Positions 48,578 through 58,985 of a stretch of 64,000 bases of DNA are shown here, in pieces. Position numbers and translations under genes: made by a program. Positions within the stretch are counted from its first letter, which is position 1. Each line of letters begins with the position of its first letter. The stretch is taken from contig JBBDUV010000006.1 of the NCBI GenBank assembly GCA_040903745.1, positions 131,775-195,774 on the forward strand. Direction: 5' to 3'. Source of the DNA: Bacteroidales bacterium. GTDB lineage: Bacteria > Bacteroidota > Bacteroidia > Bacteroidales > GCA-2748055. Below the pieces are notes generated by a model. It saw only the letters and a list, made by a program, of their open reading frames with translations. It ran no database searches and was not told the DNA's origin.

Positions 48578-50326
48578 ATGTTAATTTTGTATGAATACAA
48601 TTTGGGGGGAGTGGAGAAAAACTGGGTCATAAAATCACAAGGTTCTGAAGCCGAGGTTCTTGCATTAAGCCGATCGCTTGGCATCAGCAAGTCGCTTGCC
48701 AACTTGTTGGTACAGAGAAATATAACAACTTTCGACGCAGCCAAAGTATTTTTCCGCCCGGAGCTCACTCAACTGCACGATCCCTTCCTGATGAAGGATA
48801 TGGATGTTGCGGTCGATCGTATCCTGGCAGCCATTGCCAGTGAGGAGGGGGTACTGGTGTATGGCGACTACGATGTCGACGGGACCACAGCCGTGGCGCT
48901 GATGTATTCCTTTCTTAAAGATCACCTGAAAAATATCGATTACTACATTCCAAACCGGTACAGCGAAGGATACGGAGTCTCGAAAAAGGGCATAGACTAT
49001 GCTGCAGAGAAGGGTCACCGGATGATCATTGCACTCGATTGCGGGATCAAGGCAGTGGAAAAAGTGGCCTATGCCCGTTCGAAGGGGATCGATTTCATCG
49101 TTTGCGATCACCACAATCCAGGTGATACGCTGCCCGATGCACTAGCAGTACTGGATTCCAAACGTGTTGACTGCAGCTATCCCTACAAGGAGCTATCGGG
49201 ATGTGGCGTCGGGTTTAAGCTTGTCCAGGCACTCGCCACAAGGATGGATATTGGTTTCGAAGAGATTACGCACTTCCTCGACCTTGTGGTGGTAAGTATC
49301 GCGTCAGACATCGTTCCGATTAACGGCGAGAACAGGGTAATGGCATTCCACGGACTTCAGAGACTGACCGATTCACCCCGGATCGGACTTCAGGCCATCA
49401 AGAATGTGGCCGCGTTTAATGACAAGCAGCTTACCATTGAGGATATTGTTTATAAAATAGGACCCAGACTCAATGCCGCCGGGAGAATGGAGTCGGGCAA
49501 TACTGCCGTTGAACTGCTGGTGAGCGACGATCCGGACCGTGCCATGGCGATCAGCAAAAATATCAATACCATTAATATTGAACGCCGCGATGTGGATACG
49601 TCGATCACCCGGCAGGCGGTGGAAATGATTCAGCGTGATAAGCATTTGCAGGAGCAGAAGTCGACGGTGCTTTACAATCCGGAGTGGCACAAGGGTGTGA
49701 TCGGGATTGTGGCGTCGCGGTTGATGGAGCATTATTACCGGCCGACGGTGATCCTAACCATGTCCAACGGACTGGCAACAGGTTCGGCCCGGTCGGTCAA
49801 TGGATTCGACGTTTACCAGGCGATCGAGTCATGCAGTGACCTGCTGGAGAATTTCGGCGGACACAAGTATGCTGCCGGACTCACAATGAAGGTGAATCAT
49901 CTTAAAAAGTTTACGCGTCGCTTCGAAGAGTATATCGATGAGAATATCCACCAGGATCAATTGATACCGGTGGTGGAGATAGATACCGAACTTCAGCTTG
50001 CTGAGATCGATGATAAGTTTGTCAGGGTACTGAACCAGTTTCGCCCATTTGGTCCGGAGAACAATGCACCGGTATTCCTGACAGAGAATGTGTCGGATAA
50101 TGGCATGGGTAAACGGGTTGGGACCGAAGGGGATCATCTGCGGCTGAACCTGGTACAGGAGGAGAATCCTTTCAAGGTGTTTATTGCCATTGCTTTTCAG
50201 AAGGGGAAAATGTTCGAGAAGATCTGTCAGGGTAAGTCTTTCGATATCTGCTACACTGTTGAGGAGAATGATTACAGGGGGAGGAAGAGTACCCAGCTGA
50301 ACATCCGGGATCTGAAATTTGACTAA
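48578..50326 (+). CDS. recJ: Single-stranded-DNA-specific exonuclease RecJ
   Basis: DHH motifs (GDYDVDGTTA; ALDCG; VCDHHNP), a DHHA1 region (GGHKYAAG) and a C-terminal OB-like domain. The true start may be the GTG at 48611 (VEKNWVIK). Confidence 0.9.
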   Translation: MLILYEYNLGGVEKNWVIKSQGSEAEVLALSRSLGISKSLANLLVQRNITTFDAAKVFFRPELTQLHDPFLMKDMDVAVDRILAAIASEEGVLVYGDYDVDGTTAVALMYSFLKDHLKNIDYYIPNRYSEGYGVSKKGIDYAAEKGHRMIIALDCGIKAVEKVAYARSKGIDFIVCDHHNPGDTLPDALAVLDSKRVDCSYPYKELSGCGVGFKLVQALATRMDIGFEEITHFLDLVVVSIASDIVPINGENRVMAFHGLQRLTDSPRIGLQAIKNVAAFNDKQLTIEDIVYKIGPRLNAAGRMESGNTAVELLVSDDPDRAMAISKNINTINIERRDVDTSITRQAVEMIQRDKHLQEQKSTVLYNPEWHKGVIGIVASRLMEHYYRPTVILTMSNGLATGSARSVNGFDVYQAIESCSDLLENFGGHKYAAGLTMKVNHLKKFTRRFEEYIDENIHQDQLIPVVEIDTELQLAEIDDKFVRVLNQFRPFGPENNAPVFLTENVSDNGMGKRVGTEGDHLRLNLVQEENPFKVFIAIAFQKGKMFEKICQGKSFDICYTVEENDYRGRKSTQLNIRDLKFD

Positions 50327-50521
50327 ATCAGGCTTCTCCTCTATCTGGTTGTGTGAAGCCCGATATTTTATGCGATGAAGCCTGAAATAAATTATGCTTC
50401 GGGGAATTTTCATCGGCAACTTTCTTGAGAACTTCGCAGAATAGCATTATCTTGATCACTGTTTAAACAGGGAGGCATTGCATGTGCTTCGGTTTTAAGA
50501 ATTAACTTAAATTATCGGATT

Positions 50522-50842
50522 ATGAAATATGAAAAGTTACGGTCGCTGTTACCGTTTGCGGCAATTGGACTTCTGTTTGTTTTTTTATTTTCCGGCTGTT
50601 CCAATTACGAGGATGTTTCCGCCTGTGTAGATGGAAAAACCTACGGGTTCCTGAATGGAATCTGGCATGGGATCATCGCTCCTGTGGATCTCATCGCTAT
50701 GATCTGGCGTGAGGATGTTACCGTTTATGCCCCCAATAACAACGGGATCTGGTATGCTTTCGGATTCGTTCTTGGAAGTGGTGGCTGGGGATTTTTCGGG
50801 GGAAAAGGTGTAAGCGGCGGGAGAAAGAGAAGGAGACATTAG
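50522..50842 (+). CDS. Small lipoprotein / membrane protein with Gly-rich basic tail
   Basis: 106 aa with lipobox LFSGC, a hydrophobic Gly/Trp-rich segment and the C-terminus GGRKRRRH. I recognise no family. Confidence 0.45.
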   Translation: MKYEKLRSLLPFAAIGLLFVFLFSGCSNYEDVSACVDGKTYGFLNGIWHGIIAPVDLIAMIWREDVTVYAPNNNGIWYAFGFVLGSGGWGFFGGKGVSGGRKRRRH

Positions 50843-50857
50843 TTGGAATCCCTCTGA

Positions 50858-50963
50858 GGCAGACTGTGAGAAGAAGGTTACCAGAGCTATAACACAACAT
50901 TCAGCTCCACCAGGTAATGCTGGCCGTGGCAGACTATCGGAGAAAGGTTGCCAGAGCTATAAC
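50858..50963. repeat. Two copies of a 36-nt direct repeat separated by 34 nt
   Basis: ggcagactgtgagaagaaggttaccagagctataac (50858-50893) against ggcagactatcggagaaaggttgccagagctataac (50928-50963). They match at 30 of 36 positions. The second copy abuts the stop codon of the downstream - strand gene. Confidence 0.6.
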
Positions 50964-52970
50964 CTAAAAATCCAACTGTATCTGCAATTCGCAGTCCCAA
51001 ATACGGTTTCCCGGCCGAACATCTTGTCCCGAACCGGTTTCACGGCGGTGGGTGTATGCTGTCATGCCCAGTTTTGATCGTACAGTGAGCCAACGGTTCA
51101 GTTTGGCTGAGACGGTTAGGATATTTCTGGTTCCTTTGCCATACCAGGCCGGAAAAAGGAAGCTGTATCTTACCCCCGGTTCATAGGTGTAGATGCGGTT
51201 CTCCCAGTGGTTTGAGTTGAACGCAAGATAACGGTAGGTGAGCCTGATCTTCTCTTTCGGAATCACCTTTACCTGTGAATAGATCACCTTTCCTGTCTGT
51301 TTTTCCCCGCCTGATTGGAGGATTGCCAGTTCGATTCTGCCCGACAATACGAGCTTTTCAGAAAGGTCCCATGACCCGTTCAGCCGGTACTTTTGCTGTT
51401 GGTTCGTGGCATAAGAGCCATTGCCCGGCCCTGTTTCAGACAGTTTTTTCTGCCGGGAGCGTCCTGTAATCCTGAACTCAAGATCGGGTCCATCCGTAAA
51501 AGCATAGCCGAATTGTATGTTATTGCGGATGAAGAAGCCGGGGTCGCTCCCGTACCCGGGAACATTGCTTTCCCCCGAAATATCGGTAAAGAGGTACAGC
51601 CGTGCGTTGCTGAATGGTGCGATGTTTATTCCGCAGTTGATGCCTGTTTCATTCTCAGGCTTTGTTTTTGCACCATATGCTTTTGGGGTCTGGCCGTTGT
51701 ATTCCACCTGGTAGCTGCGGAAAGAGAGATTCAGCAGCAGTGCAGGGTTGATCTCAAAGGTGCCACCGGCAAGCAGAGCCATACTGGCATGGTGGTCCAC
51801 CGCCACCTCCCCAAACAGTTCATAACCCTTGCCAAAGCCTACGCCATAAAATGAGAGTCCGCCCTGTACCTCCTCCTTCAATATACCTGGAGCAACGAGG
51901 TTAACAGAATCCCTGCCCCGATCGCTCAGCTCCATTTTTGAGCCGGTAGCGGACCATCCTATGTACCATTTTTCAGCCGACCGGTTGACTGATAATCCTG
52001 CTGCGTACTGGCGTGCCAGGTTAAAACCATTGCGTTCCGGGTCGGTGCGGTGCAGGCCGGTTCGCCTGATCTGATCGAACAGGTTGGCAGGGGCCTTCAG
52101 CCTGAAAAGTGATATATCCTCCGGTCTCACAGAGCAGAAGAGGTCAGCCGTCCATCTTTGCTTCGACACTTCGGCATATACCCCCCGGTAGTAGTCATAC
52201 TCCATCGTTGAGGCAAATGGTTTCGCGTACGATCTCCTGTAACCATCGGTCGTAACCCCTGTCCCCCCTGAATTGAAACCCAGTCCGTGGATCAGTCCCA
52301 TGCCACGGTGAATCCTGAAATTACCCAGTATCATTTTTGAAAGCAGCTTGTCGGAGTTATACGCCAGGTACCCGGTGAAATGCTCGGGGTTGTTTCCGTT
52401 CATCCAGCGTTCGCCGGGGTCCTTTTCAAACGCCGCACCGGCCGTCCATCGTTCACCCGCATCATACCTGAGCCGGCTGGTGAATTTGAGGGGCGATCCG
52501 GGATAATGAGGAGCCGTGACGGAGTCGGCCAGATAAGCGAGTGGAGAAGGCAGCCTGATCGCCAGGTTGGTTAGCAGCATTCCTTTGTGCACCTGCCGGG
52601 AATTTCTTCCAGGCCCCTCCGAAAGCGCGATCAGCGGAGCTACCGCTTTAAGCATTTCCTGTGTGAAACCGGGGATGGCCGCCAGCTCGTAGATGCTGAA
52701 GAAGGGTCCGTACTTTTCACGGTATTTGATGATGCCAAATGCCTGAAACGGTGTAAAAAGGCCGGAGGAATTCAGGTCGCGTTCGGAGGAGGTGTTCAGG
52801 TTCAGGGGATTACGAAGCAGGTCGGAGAGCATTTCATGGACACGTTCGGCATCGGTTTCGTCACCGTTTTCTATGATTTTTTCTGTAAGCTCTTCCAGCA
52901 TAGGGGTTTCCTGGGAGGCGACAGGTAGCATGCTGAGCAACAGAAAGTTTATGAGCAGGATCCGTTTCAT
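50964..52970 (-). CDS. Helix-hairpin-helix (ComEA-like) domain fused to a large outer-membrane beta-barrel-like domain
   Basis: 668 aa with a signal peptide and a tandem HhH segment (ERDLNSSGLFTPFQAFGIIKYREKYGPFFSIYELAAIPGFTQEMLKAV). About 550 aa of beta-strand-type sequence follows, ending in IQLDF. Confidence 0.7.
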   Translation of the reverse strand: MKRILLINFLLLSMLPVASQETPMLEELTEKIIENGDETDAERVHEMLSDLLRNPLNLNTSSERDLNSSGLFTPFQAFGIIKYREKYGPFFSIYELAAIPGFTQEMLKAVAPLIALSEGPGRNSRQVHKGMLLTNLAIRLPSPLAYLADSVTAPHYPGSPLKFTSRLRYDAGERWTAGAAFEKDPGERWMNGNNPEHFTGYLAYNSDKLLSKMILGNFRIHRGMGLIHGLGFNSGGTGVTTDGYRRSYAKPFASTMEYDYYRGVYAEVSKQRWTADLFCSVRPEDISLFRLKAPANLFDQIRRTGLHRTDPERNGFNLARQYAAGLSVNRSAEKWYIGWSATGSKMELSDRGRDSVNLVAPGILKEEVQGGLSFYGVGFGKGYELFGEVAVDHHASMALLAGGTFEINPALLLNLSFRSYQVEYNGQTPKAYGAKTKPENETGINCGINIAPFSNARLYLFTDISGESNVPGYGSDPGFFIRNNIQFGYAFTDGPDLEFRITGRSRQKKLSETGPGNGSYATNQQQKYRLNGSWDLSEKLVLSGRIELAILQSGGEKQTGKVIYSQVKVIPKEKIRLTYRYLAFNSNHWENRIYTYEPGVRYSFLFPAWYGKGTRNILTVSAKLNRWLTVRSKLGMTAYTHRRETGSGQDVRPGNRIWDCELQIQLDF

Positions 52971-53812
52971 TGCCGGGGGATGTATGAAAGTGTGATGGCC
53001 GGGGTGATGCCGGGGATGGCCGACCAGCGGAATGCCAGATCGATCTGCAGCGTGCCAATCTCGAGGGCACTGCCGAAGGAGAGGGAATGGGGTTTTGAGT
53101 GGTAGCCGGAAAGGAGCACCACGGATCGGTTCAGCCGGTATTCAAGACCGGTTTTGACCAGGAGCAGATCAGCGTTGGAGTAGGTTGCTTCGGCCAACAG
53201 GGTGGTATGTTGGTAAATCTCATGGGAAATGGCGGCTGACAGAGCCGATGGGAGGAGCGGACCGTAGCCGTGAAAGTTTCCAAGGTAAAACGGGCTGTTC
53301 AGCAGGAGGGCCACAGAGGTGCGGGGTGAGATTGTGTAATGAATGCCTGCTCCGGGAGAGAGACTCCAGAGGTAGTTCCATTGATCGGAGGTGAATGTGT
53401 TGCCATAATTAAAAGAGATTCCCGCGGTGAGTTTTTCCGAGAGGGCCATGCCGAATCCCAGTTCGGAAGAGACGATTCTGTAACCATGCAGTCCGTAGGT
53501 ATGTACCCTGAACTGAAACGCACCAGGATGCGCAGTGATAACAGTTTCCAGGGAGAAGATCCCCAGCTCTTTGATTACAAATGGACGGGCATGGCCGGTG
53601 GAAAATGAGGGTCTTCTTGCATGCCCCAGCAGGGCCGGATTTTGATGACTCTGTGTTGGGGAGGTGCTGATGGCACAGATGCCCCCCAGGGCCAGGCTGC
53701 GCGTTCCGGGATAGAACGATTGTCCGGCCATAGATTGAAAAATGGACAAAAAAAAGACCGGAATGATGATTTCCGGTCTGATGATTGCCCGCCTGATGCG
53801 TGCGTGTATCAT
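52967..53812 (-). CDS. Outer-membrane beta-barrel-like protein (PorV/PorQ/FadL-like?)
   Basis: 281 aa with a signal-like N-terminus, the motif GTRSLALGG and an alternating beta pattern. Its stop overlaps the start of the HhH-barrel gene by 4 nt. The family assignment is tentative. Confidence 0.5.
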   Translation of the reverse strand: MIHARIRRAIIRPEIIIPVFFLSIFQSMAGQSFYPGTRSLALGGICAISTSPTQSHQNPALLGHARRPSFSTGHARPFVIKELGIFSLETVITAHPGAFQFRVHTYGLHGYRIVSSELGFGMALSEKLTAGISFNYGNTFTSDQWNYLWSLSPGAGIHYTISPRTSVALLLNSPFYLGNFHGYGPLLPSALSAAISHEIYQHTTLLAEATYSNADLLLVKTGLEYRLNRSVVLLSGYHSKPHSLSFGSALEIGTLQIDLAFRWSAIPGITPAITLSYIPRQ

Positions 53813-53842
53813 ATCTTGTCTGTGTTACATGGTGTGTGCGGC

Positions 53843-54355
53843 TCAGTTGGTTTTAAACTTGTATTTTACACTCTTCAGTTCTTCATTGGCCTTAACGATT
53901 TTACCTTCGAGTCCGGCCTTGAATTTCTTAACTTTTTCCAGCACCTTCTCATCGCCTGTTGCAAGAATTTGTGCCGCGAGAATCCCTGCATTTTGTGCAC
54001 CGTCGATTCCAACGGTTGCTACCGGTATTCCCGGAGGCATCTGTACGATGGAGAGCAGTGAATCCCATCCGTCGAGGGAGATTGATGCCTTGATGGGCAC
54101 TCCGATAACCGGAACCGGTGTGAGTGCTGCGACAACACCTGGCAGGTGTGCTGCCCCTCCTGCTCCTGCAATGACTACGCGTATACCGCGTTCGTATGCT
54201 CCACGTGCAAAGTCCATTGCCTGCTGCGGTGTGCGGTGTGCCGATAATGCGTTGATTTCAAATGGAATTTCAAATTCGTCGAGGATCTTTGCGGCCTTTT
54301 CCATGATGGGAAGGTCGGATGTCGATCCCATGATAATGCTTACTCGTGGCTTCAT
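53843..54355 (-). CDS. purE: N5-carboxyaminoimidazole ribonucleotide mutase
   Basis: 170 aa with IIMGSTSDLPIM, SAHRTP and GAGGAAHLPGVVAA motifs. Confidence 0.95.
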   Translation of the reverse strand: MKPRVSIIMGSTSDLPIMEKAAKILDEFEIPFEINALSAHRTPQQAMDFARGAYERGIRVVIAGAGGAAHLPGVVAALTPVPVIGVPIKASISLDGWDSLLSIVQMPPGIPVATVGIDGAQNAGILAAQILATGDEKVLEKVKKFKAGLEGKIVKANEELKSVKYKFKTN

Positions 54356-54632
54356 AATGTAATGGTTTATGTGTTGTTGGTTATAAATATCGGTTTTTCA
54401 GGCGACAAATATCGAAAAATTTTAATGAAAACTGACCGGGTTATGATCATATTTTTGACATATATGGCCATGATTATATCACTTTGGTTACAGGCATCCA
54501 GGATAGATCGGCATGACGAGCTCTCCCGAAATACTTCGGGACAGGCTGTCTGATCATTGAAAAATAATCTATACACAGGTGAGAAGAGGTTACTTGTCCT
54601 ATTTTTTCTATCTTCGTAGAAATTATCTTTTC

Positions 54633-55178
54633 ATGTCAAAAAAGCGCATCAGGGTTCTCGACCTGACCTTTGAATCTTTCATTTCCGCGGAGACCATTCA
54701 ACAGGAAATTCAGCGTATTGCTGAAGCAATGAATCGCGATCTGGCTCAAAAGAACCCAATCTTCCTGGGTATTTTGAACGGGGCATTTATGTTTGCCAGC
54801 GACCTGTTCAAGCTGATCTCTTTTCCATGTCAGATCACCTTTTTGAAACTGGCCTCCTACGATGGGACAAAGACTACAGGTACTGTAAAGCAGCTGATCG
54901 GTATCAACCAGGATCTGAAGGACAGAACGGTTGTATTGATTGAGGATATAGTGGATACCGGGATAACTCTTGATACAATTCTGCGGCAGTTGAACGGATA
55001 TGAGCCAAAAGAGATACTCGTGGCTACGATGTTGCACAAACATGACGCTTTGCAGAAGGATATTCAGCTCGATTACGTGGGGTTTGAGATTCCGGATGAA
55101 TTTGTTGTCGGCTATGGACTGGATTATGATGGATATGCCAGAAATCTACCTGAAATTTATACTTTGGTGAAAGATTAA
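54633..55178 (+). CDS. hpt: Hypoxanthine(-guanine) phosphoribosyltransferase
   Basis: PRPP-binding loop VVLIEDIVDTGITL and GYGLDYDGYARNLPEIY. The start is placed at MSKKRIRV; the ORF extends to 54579. Confidence 0.9.
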   Translation: MSKKRIRVLDLTFESFISAETIQQEIQRIAEAMNRDLAQKNPIFLGILNGAFMFASDLFKLISFPCQITFLKLASYDGTKTTGTVKQLIGINQDLKDRTVVLIEDIVDTGITLDTILRQLNGYEPKEILVATMLHKHDALQKDIQLDYVGFEIPDEFVVGYGLDYDGYARNLPEIYTLVKD

Positions 55179-55227
55179 CCACAAGTTTGTTACTTTTGTA
55201 AAAGAAACTCACAAATCAATAAATTTT

Positions 55228-55827
55228 ATGTTAAATATTGTATTATTCGGACCTCCGGGGTCCGGCAAAGGAACACAGGCTGAAAAGCTGATTGAGAAGT
55301 ATAATCTTATTCATATATCAACAGGCGATCTGCTCAGGGCTGAGGTTGCGCAGCAGACTAAGCTTGGTATGGAGGCGAAAAAGATCATGGATTCAGGTGA
55401 ATTGGTGCCGGATGAGATCGTGATGGGGATGATCCGTAAAAAACTGGAAGAGCATAAGGATGGTCCGGGTTTTATTTTTGATGGTTTTCCACGAACCGTT
55501 GAGCAGGCCAGGGAGTTGAGAAAGGTGCTGACTGATTATGATGAACGGGTTACCATGCTGATCTCTCTCCAGGTTCCCCGGGAAGAATTAGTCACGCGGC
55601 TAATTAAAAGAGGTGAAGAGAGTGGCAGGTCGGATGACAATGAGGAGACAATCAATAAGAGGATTGATGTCTATGAGCGTCAGACAGTACCGGTTACTTA
55701 CTATTACGAAAAAATGCACAAACATATTCCTGTTGATGGAATTGGTTCCATTAAGGATATATTTAAACGCATTGTTAAGGAAATTGATGATTTTGAGAAG
55801 TTTCACCAACCAGGGGAGGGTGCTTAA
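55228..55827 (+). CDS. adk: Adenylate kinase (short LID, no zinc motif)
   Basis: P-loop [21 protein letters not shown] and FIFDGFPRT. Confidence 0.95.
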   Translation: MLNIVLFGPPGSGKGTQAEKLIEKYNLIHISTGDLLRAEVAQQTKLGMEAKKIMDSGELVPDEIVMGMIRKKLEEHKDGPGFIFDGFPRTVEQARELRKVLTDYDERVTMLISLQVPREELVTRLIKRGEESGRSDDNEETINKRIDVYERQTVPVTYYYEKMHKHIPVDGIGSIKDIFKRIVKEIDDFEKFHQPGEGA

Positions 55828-55856
55828 GTTTCATCGAATGGTTCTATTCTTTCATC

Positions 55857-56846
55857 ATGGGCAATTCCAACTTTGTCGACTACGTAAAGATTTTTTGTCG
55901 TTCCGGCAAAGGCGGGGCCGGATCCGCCCATCTTCATCGCGATAAGTTTACCCGAAAAGGAGGTCCCGACGGCGGAGATGGTGGCAAAGGAGGAGATGTG
56001 ATTGTCATGGGAAATGAGCAATTCTGGACATTGCTTCACCTAAAGTATCAGAAGCATATATTCGCCACCAACGGAGAGGCTGGGGGTGCATCACTGAAAA
56101 CCGGCGCAGACGGCAAGGATGTTATCATTGAAGTCCCGTTGGGTACGGTAGCAAAGAGTGATGAAAACGGAGAGCAGCTTTTTGAGATTACCTGCCACGG
56201 TGAAGAGAAGGTGCTGATGCCGGGAGGAAGGGGTGGACTTGGGAACGACCACTTTAAGTCATCCACATTTCAGACACCAAGATTCTCGCAACCTGGAGAG
56301 GAGGGAAAGGAAGGATGGGTGATCCTGGAGTTGAAACTACTTGCGGATGTTGGTTTGGTGGGGTTCCCCAATGCGGGAAAATCAACTTTGCTGTCTGTAT
56401 TATCAGCTGCCAAACCAAAAATTGCAGATTATCCTTTTACAACCCTCGTTCCCAATCTCGGGATTGTAAAATACCGTGACAACAGATCATTTGTTATGGC
56501 AGATATTCCGGGTATTATAGAAGGTGCCAGTGAAGGCAAGGGATTGGGACACCGCTTTCTGCGACATATTGAGCGAAATTCCATATTGCTGATTATGGTG
56601 CCTGCCGATAGCAATGATATCCGCAAGGAATACGAAGTATTGGTGAATGAACTCAGAGATTACAATCCCGAATTGCTCGACAAAAAGAGATTACTGGCCA
56701 TTACAAAATCAGACATGCTCGATGAGGAACTGATTGACGAGATCAGAAGGGAGTTGCCTGAAGTCCCGTCGGTTTTTATCTCCTCAGTTGCTACCCATGG
56801 TCTAATTGAACTGAATGATCGGATCTGGAAAATGTTAACAGGTTAA
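55857..56846 (+). CDS. obg: GTPase Obg/CgtA
   Basis: Obg fold with Gly-rich repeats ([14 protein letters not shown]). G1 is [11 protein letters not shown], and [10 protein letters not shown] and TKSD motifs follow. Confidence 0.95.
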   Translation: MGNSNFVDYVKIFCRSGKGGAGSAHLHRDKFTRKGGPDGGDGGKGGDVIVMGNEQFWTLLHLKYQKHIFATNGEAGGASLKTGADGKDVIIEVPLGTVAKSDENGEQLFEITCHGEEKVLMPGGRGGLGNDHFKSSTFQTPRFSQPGEEGKEGWVILELKLLADVGLVGFPNAGKSTLLSVLSAAKPKIADYPFTTLVPNLGIVKYRDNRSFVMADIPGIIEGASEGKGLGHRFLRHIERNSILLIMVPADSNDIRKEYEVLVNELRDYNPELLDKKRLLAITKSDMLDEELIDEIRRELPEVPSVFISSVATHGLIELNDRIWKMLTG

Positions 56847-57009
56847 AAATGGAGATGATGCTTTTCGGGGTATTATTATTTACATGGTTATCAGGCCCAT
56901 TAAAAAAATAAAGCAATAGAGAGGTCTTTGTTATAAAAATTGATTTTTATTTGAGAAAAAGTTACGATTGGAATAAAAAATCCTAATTTTGCCCAAAATT
57001 TAGAGTATT

Positions 57010-58962
57010 ATGCATGAACTATTTTCGACCCTGCAAGAGAAAGACATTACGTTGTCGCCCGAAATATCGGACCTGCTGAAGTCATGCAAGGGTTTTACAT
57101 TCTTTAATACCACGGATGAGCTGGTCGATGCCTCTACGAATGGCAAGGAGAATGTATATTTTGAAGTAGAATATGACGTTCCCGGGAAGGGTAAATATAC
57201 AGAAGCAATCATACAGCGGGTAAAAAACGGTATTGCTGCAAATTATACAGAGTCCTACATGCGGCGGAGGGACCCGGGCTCAATGGCGATCGCTGATGAA
57301 CTGCCTACTGATAAAAAAAGGTTCAGGGAAAAATATGGCTATGAGTTTACGAAGCTCCAGGAGGAGACCTTTCAATGGCTGAAGGAACAGGAGCTGGCTG
57401 TTTTCTTTTATTTTGCCGGCAGGATGGGGATCGGTTCCCTTGGGATCGCCATTGCGCCTGCCAATGCAGCTTTTTTTGCCATGGGATTATCCATGCTGCA
57501 GGAGATGGTATCGCTCGACCGCCTGAAGGAGGGTTCTGAACTTCAATCGGTTATATATGTGGCCCCTATTTTCAGGCACACCCACTTTAACGGCAAGCAG
57601 GTTGTTGTGCACAAGAGGAACGATAAACTGCATGAGGTGTACTCCTATAACCTCTACCCGGGACCAAGTGCGAAGAAGGGCCTTTATAGTGTCATACTTG
57701 ATCAGGGAGAGCAAGAGGGTTGGGTTACTGCCCACTGTTCGGCTATCCAGTCGGTAAGTCCGTACGATAATATCACCACCTTTATGCACGAGGGAGCCAG
57801 TGGAGGAGGTAAAAGTGAACTTCACCAGCATATTCTCAGGGAGCCCGATGGAAGGGTAACACTGGGAAAGAACAGGATCACAGGTGAGGAGCGCTATATC
57901 ACCATTCCAAGGTTCTGCTCCTTTAATCCGGTTGCAGATGATATGGCATTTTGCCATCCCTCCCTGCAGCGCAATGATGGTAAGTTAAGAATTCTTGATG
58001 CAGAGAATGCCTGGTTCATCAGGGTCGACAGCATCAAGCAGTATGGAGATGATCCGTTTTTGGAAAAGATTACCATCCAACCGACAAAGCCCTTGCTTTT
58101 CCTGAATATAGACGCGAAACCGGAGTCGACCGCGCTCGTTTGGGATCATATCGAGGATGAACCGGGAAAGCCTTGTCCCAACCCCAGGGTGGTGATGCCC
58201 CGGAACTGCGTTCCCAAGGTTATTGAAAAACCTGTATCAGTGGATATCCGCAGCTTTGGTATCCGTACCCCACCCTGCTCACGGGAGAAACCTACTTACG
58301 GTATCATGGGATTGTACCATATTCTTCCTCCCGCTCTGGCATGGCTCTGGAGGTTGGTAGCTCCGCGCGGACACAACAATCCCAGTATTGTCGGTACAGG
58401 GAACATGGAGAGTGAGGGCGTAGGCTCCTACTGGCCCTTTGCCACCGGAATGAGGATCAGTCATGCCAATATGATCCTGAAGCAGATCATTGAAACACCA
58501 CGAACCACCTTTACCCTGGTCCCCAACCAGAATATCGGTGTGTGGGAGGTGGGCTTCAAGCCGCAGTTGTTGATGCGTGAATACCTGACCAGGAGGGGAG
58601 TGGCGCGGTTAAAAACGGAGCAGTATGAACCGGCCCGGTGTCCACTGTTGGGTTACCAGTTAAATTTTATGACCATTGAAGGATCGAAGATACCTTCCAG
58701 ATTTTTAAAAGTGTTTAACCAGTCAGAAGTTGGGTTCGATGGTTATGACGCGGGGGCAGAGATCCTGACGAAATTCTTCAAGGAGGAGCTGCAGAAGTAT
58801 TTAAAGGAGGACCTGCTGCATACAGGCAAGCGGATTATCGATGCCTGTCTGTCGGATGCCTCTGTGGAGGATTATAACGAGATCGTTCCGATGAATTACA
58901 GGTATGCTTTCAGCAATATGGCTGATTACGAGGAGCACAACGATCAGAATGGCGATCATTAG
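57010..58962 (+). CDS. Uncharacterised 650-aa protein with HprK/PEPCK-type P-loop (DUF4914-like as I recall it)
   Basis: There is no signal peptide. The central motif HEGASGGGKSELHQHIL matches the G-x-S-G-x-G-K-S-E phosphate loop of HPr kinase/phosphorylase and PEP carboxykinase-type folds. The rest is unassigned. Confidence 0.65.
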   Translation: MHELFSTLQEKDITLSPEISDLLKSCKGFTFFNTTDELVDASTNGKENVYFEVEYDVPGKGKYTEAIIQRVKNGIAANYTESYMRRRDPGSMAIADELPTDKKRFREKYGYEFTKLQEETFQWLKEQELAVFFYFAGRMGIGSLGIAIAPANAAFFAMGLSMLQEMVSLDRLKEGSELQSVIYVAPIFRHTHFNGKQVVVHKRNDKLHEVYSYNLYPGPSAKKGLYSVILDQGEQEGWVTAHCSAIQSVSPYDNITTFMHEGASGGGKSELHQHILREPDGRVTLGKNRITGEERYITIPRFCSFNPVADDMAFCHPSLQRNDGKLRILDAENAWFIRVDSIKQYGDDPFLEKITIQPTKPLLFLNIDAKPESTALVWDHIEDEPGKPCPNPRVVMPRNCVPKVIEKPVSVDIRSFGIRTPPCSREKPTYGIMGLYHILPPALAWLWRLVAPRGHNNPSIVGTGNMESEGVGSYWPFATGMRISHANMILKQIIETPRTTFTLVPNQNIGVWEVGFKPQLLMREYLTRRGVARLKTEQYEPARCPLLGYQLNFMTIEGSKIPSRFLKVFNQSEVGFDGYDAGAEILTKFFKEELQKYLKEDLLHTGKRIIDACLSDASVEDYNEIVPMNYRYAFSNMADYEEHNDQNGDH

Positions 58963-58985
58963 CAGATAATTTTTCAAAAGAAGAA

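Noticed and set aside
50858-50963. CRISPR array interpretation of the 36-nt repeat / 34-nt spacer unit
   Set aside because: There are only two repeat copies with 6 mismatches. No cas genes and no leader-like AT-rich region are in the window. It is kept only as an unexplained direct repeat.
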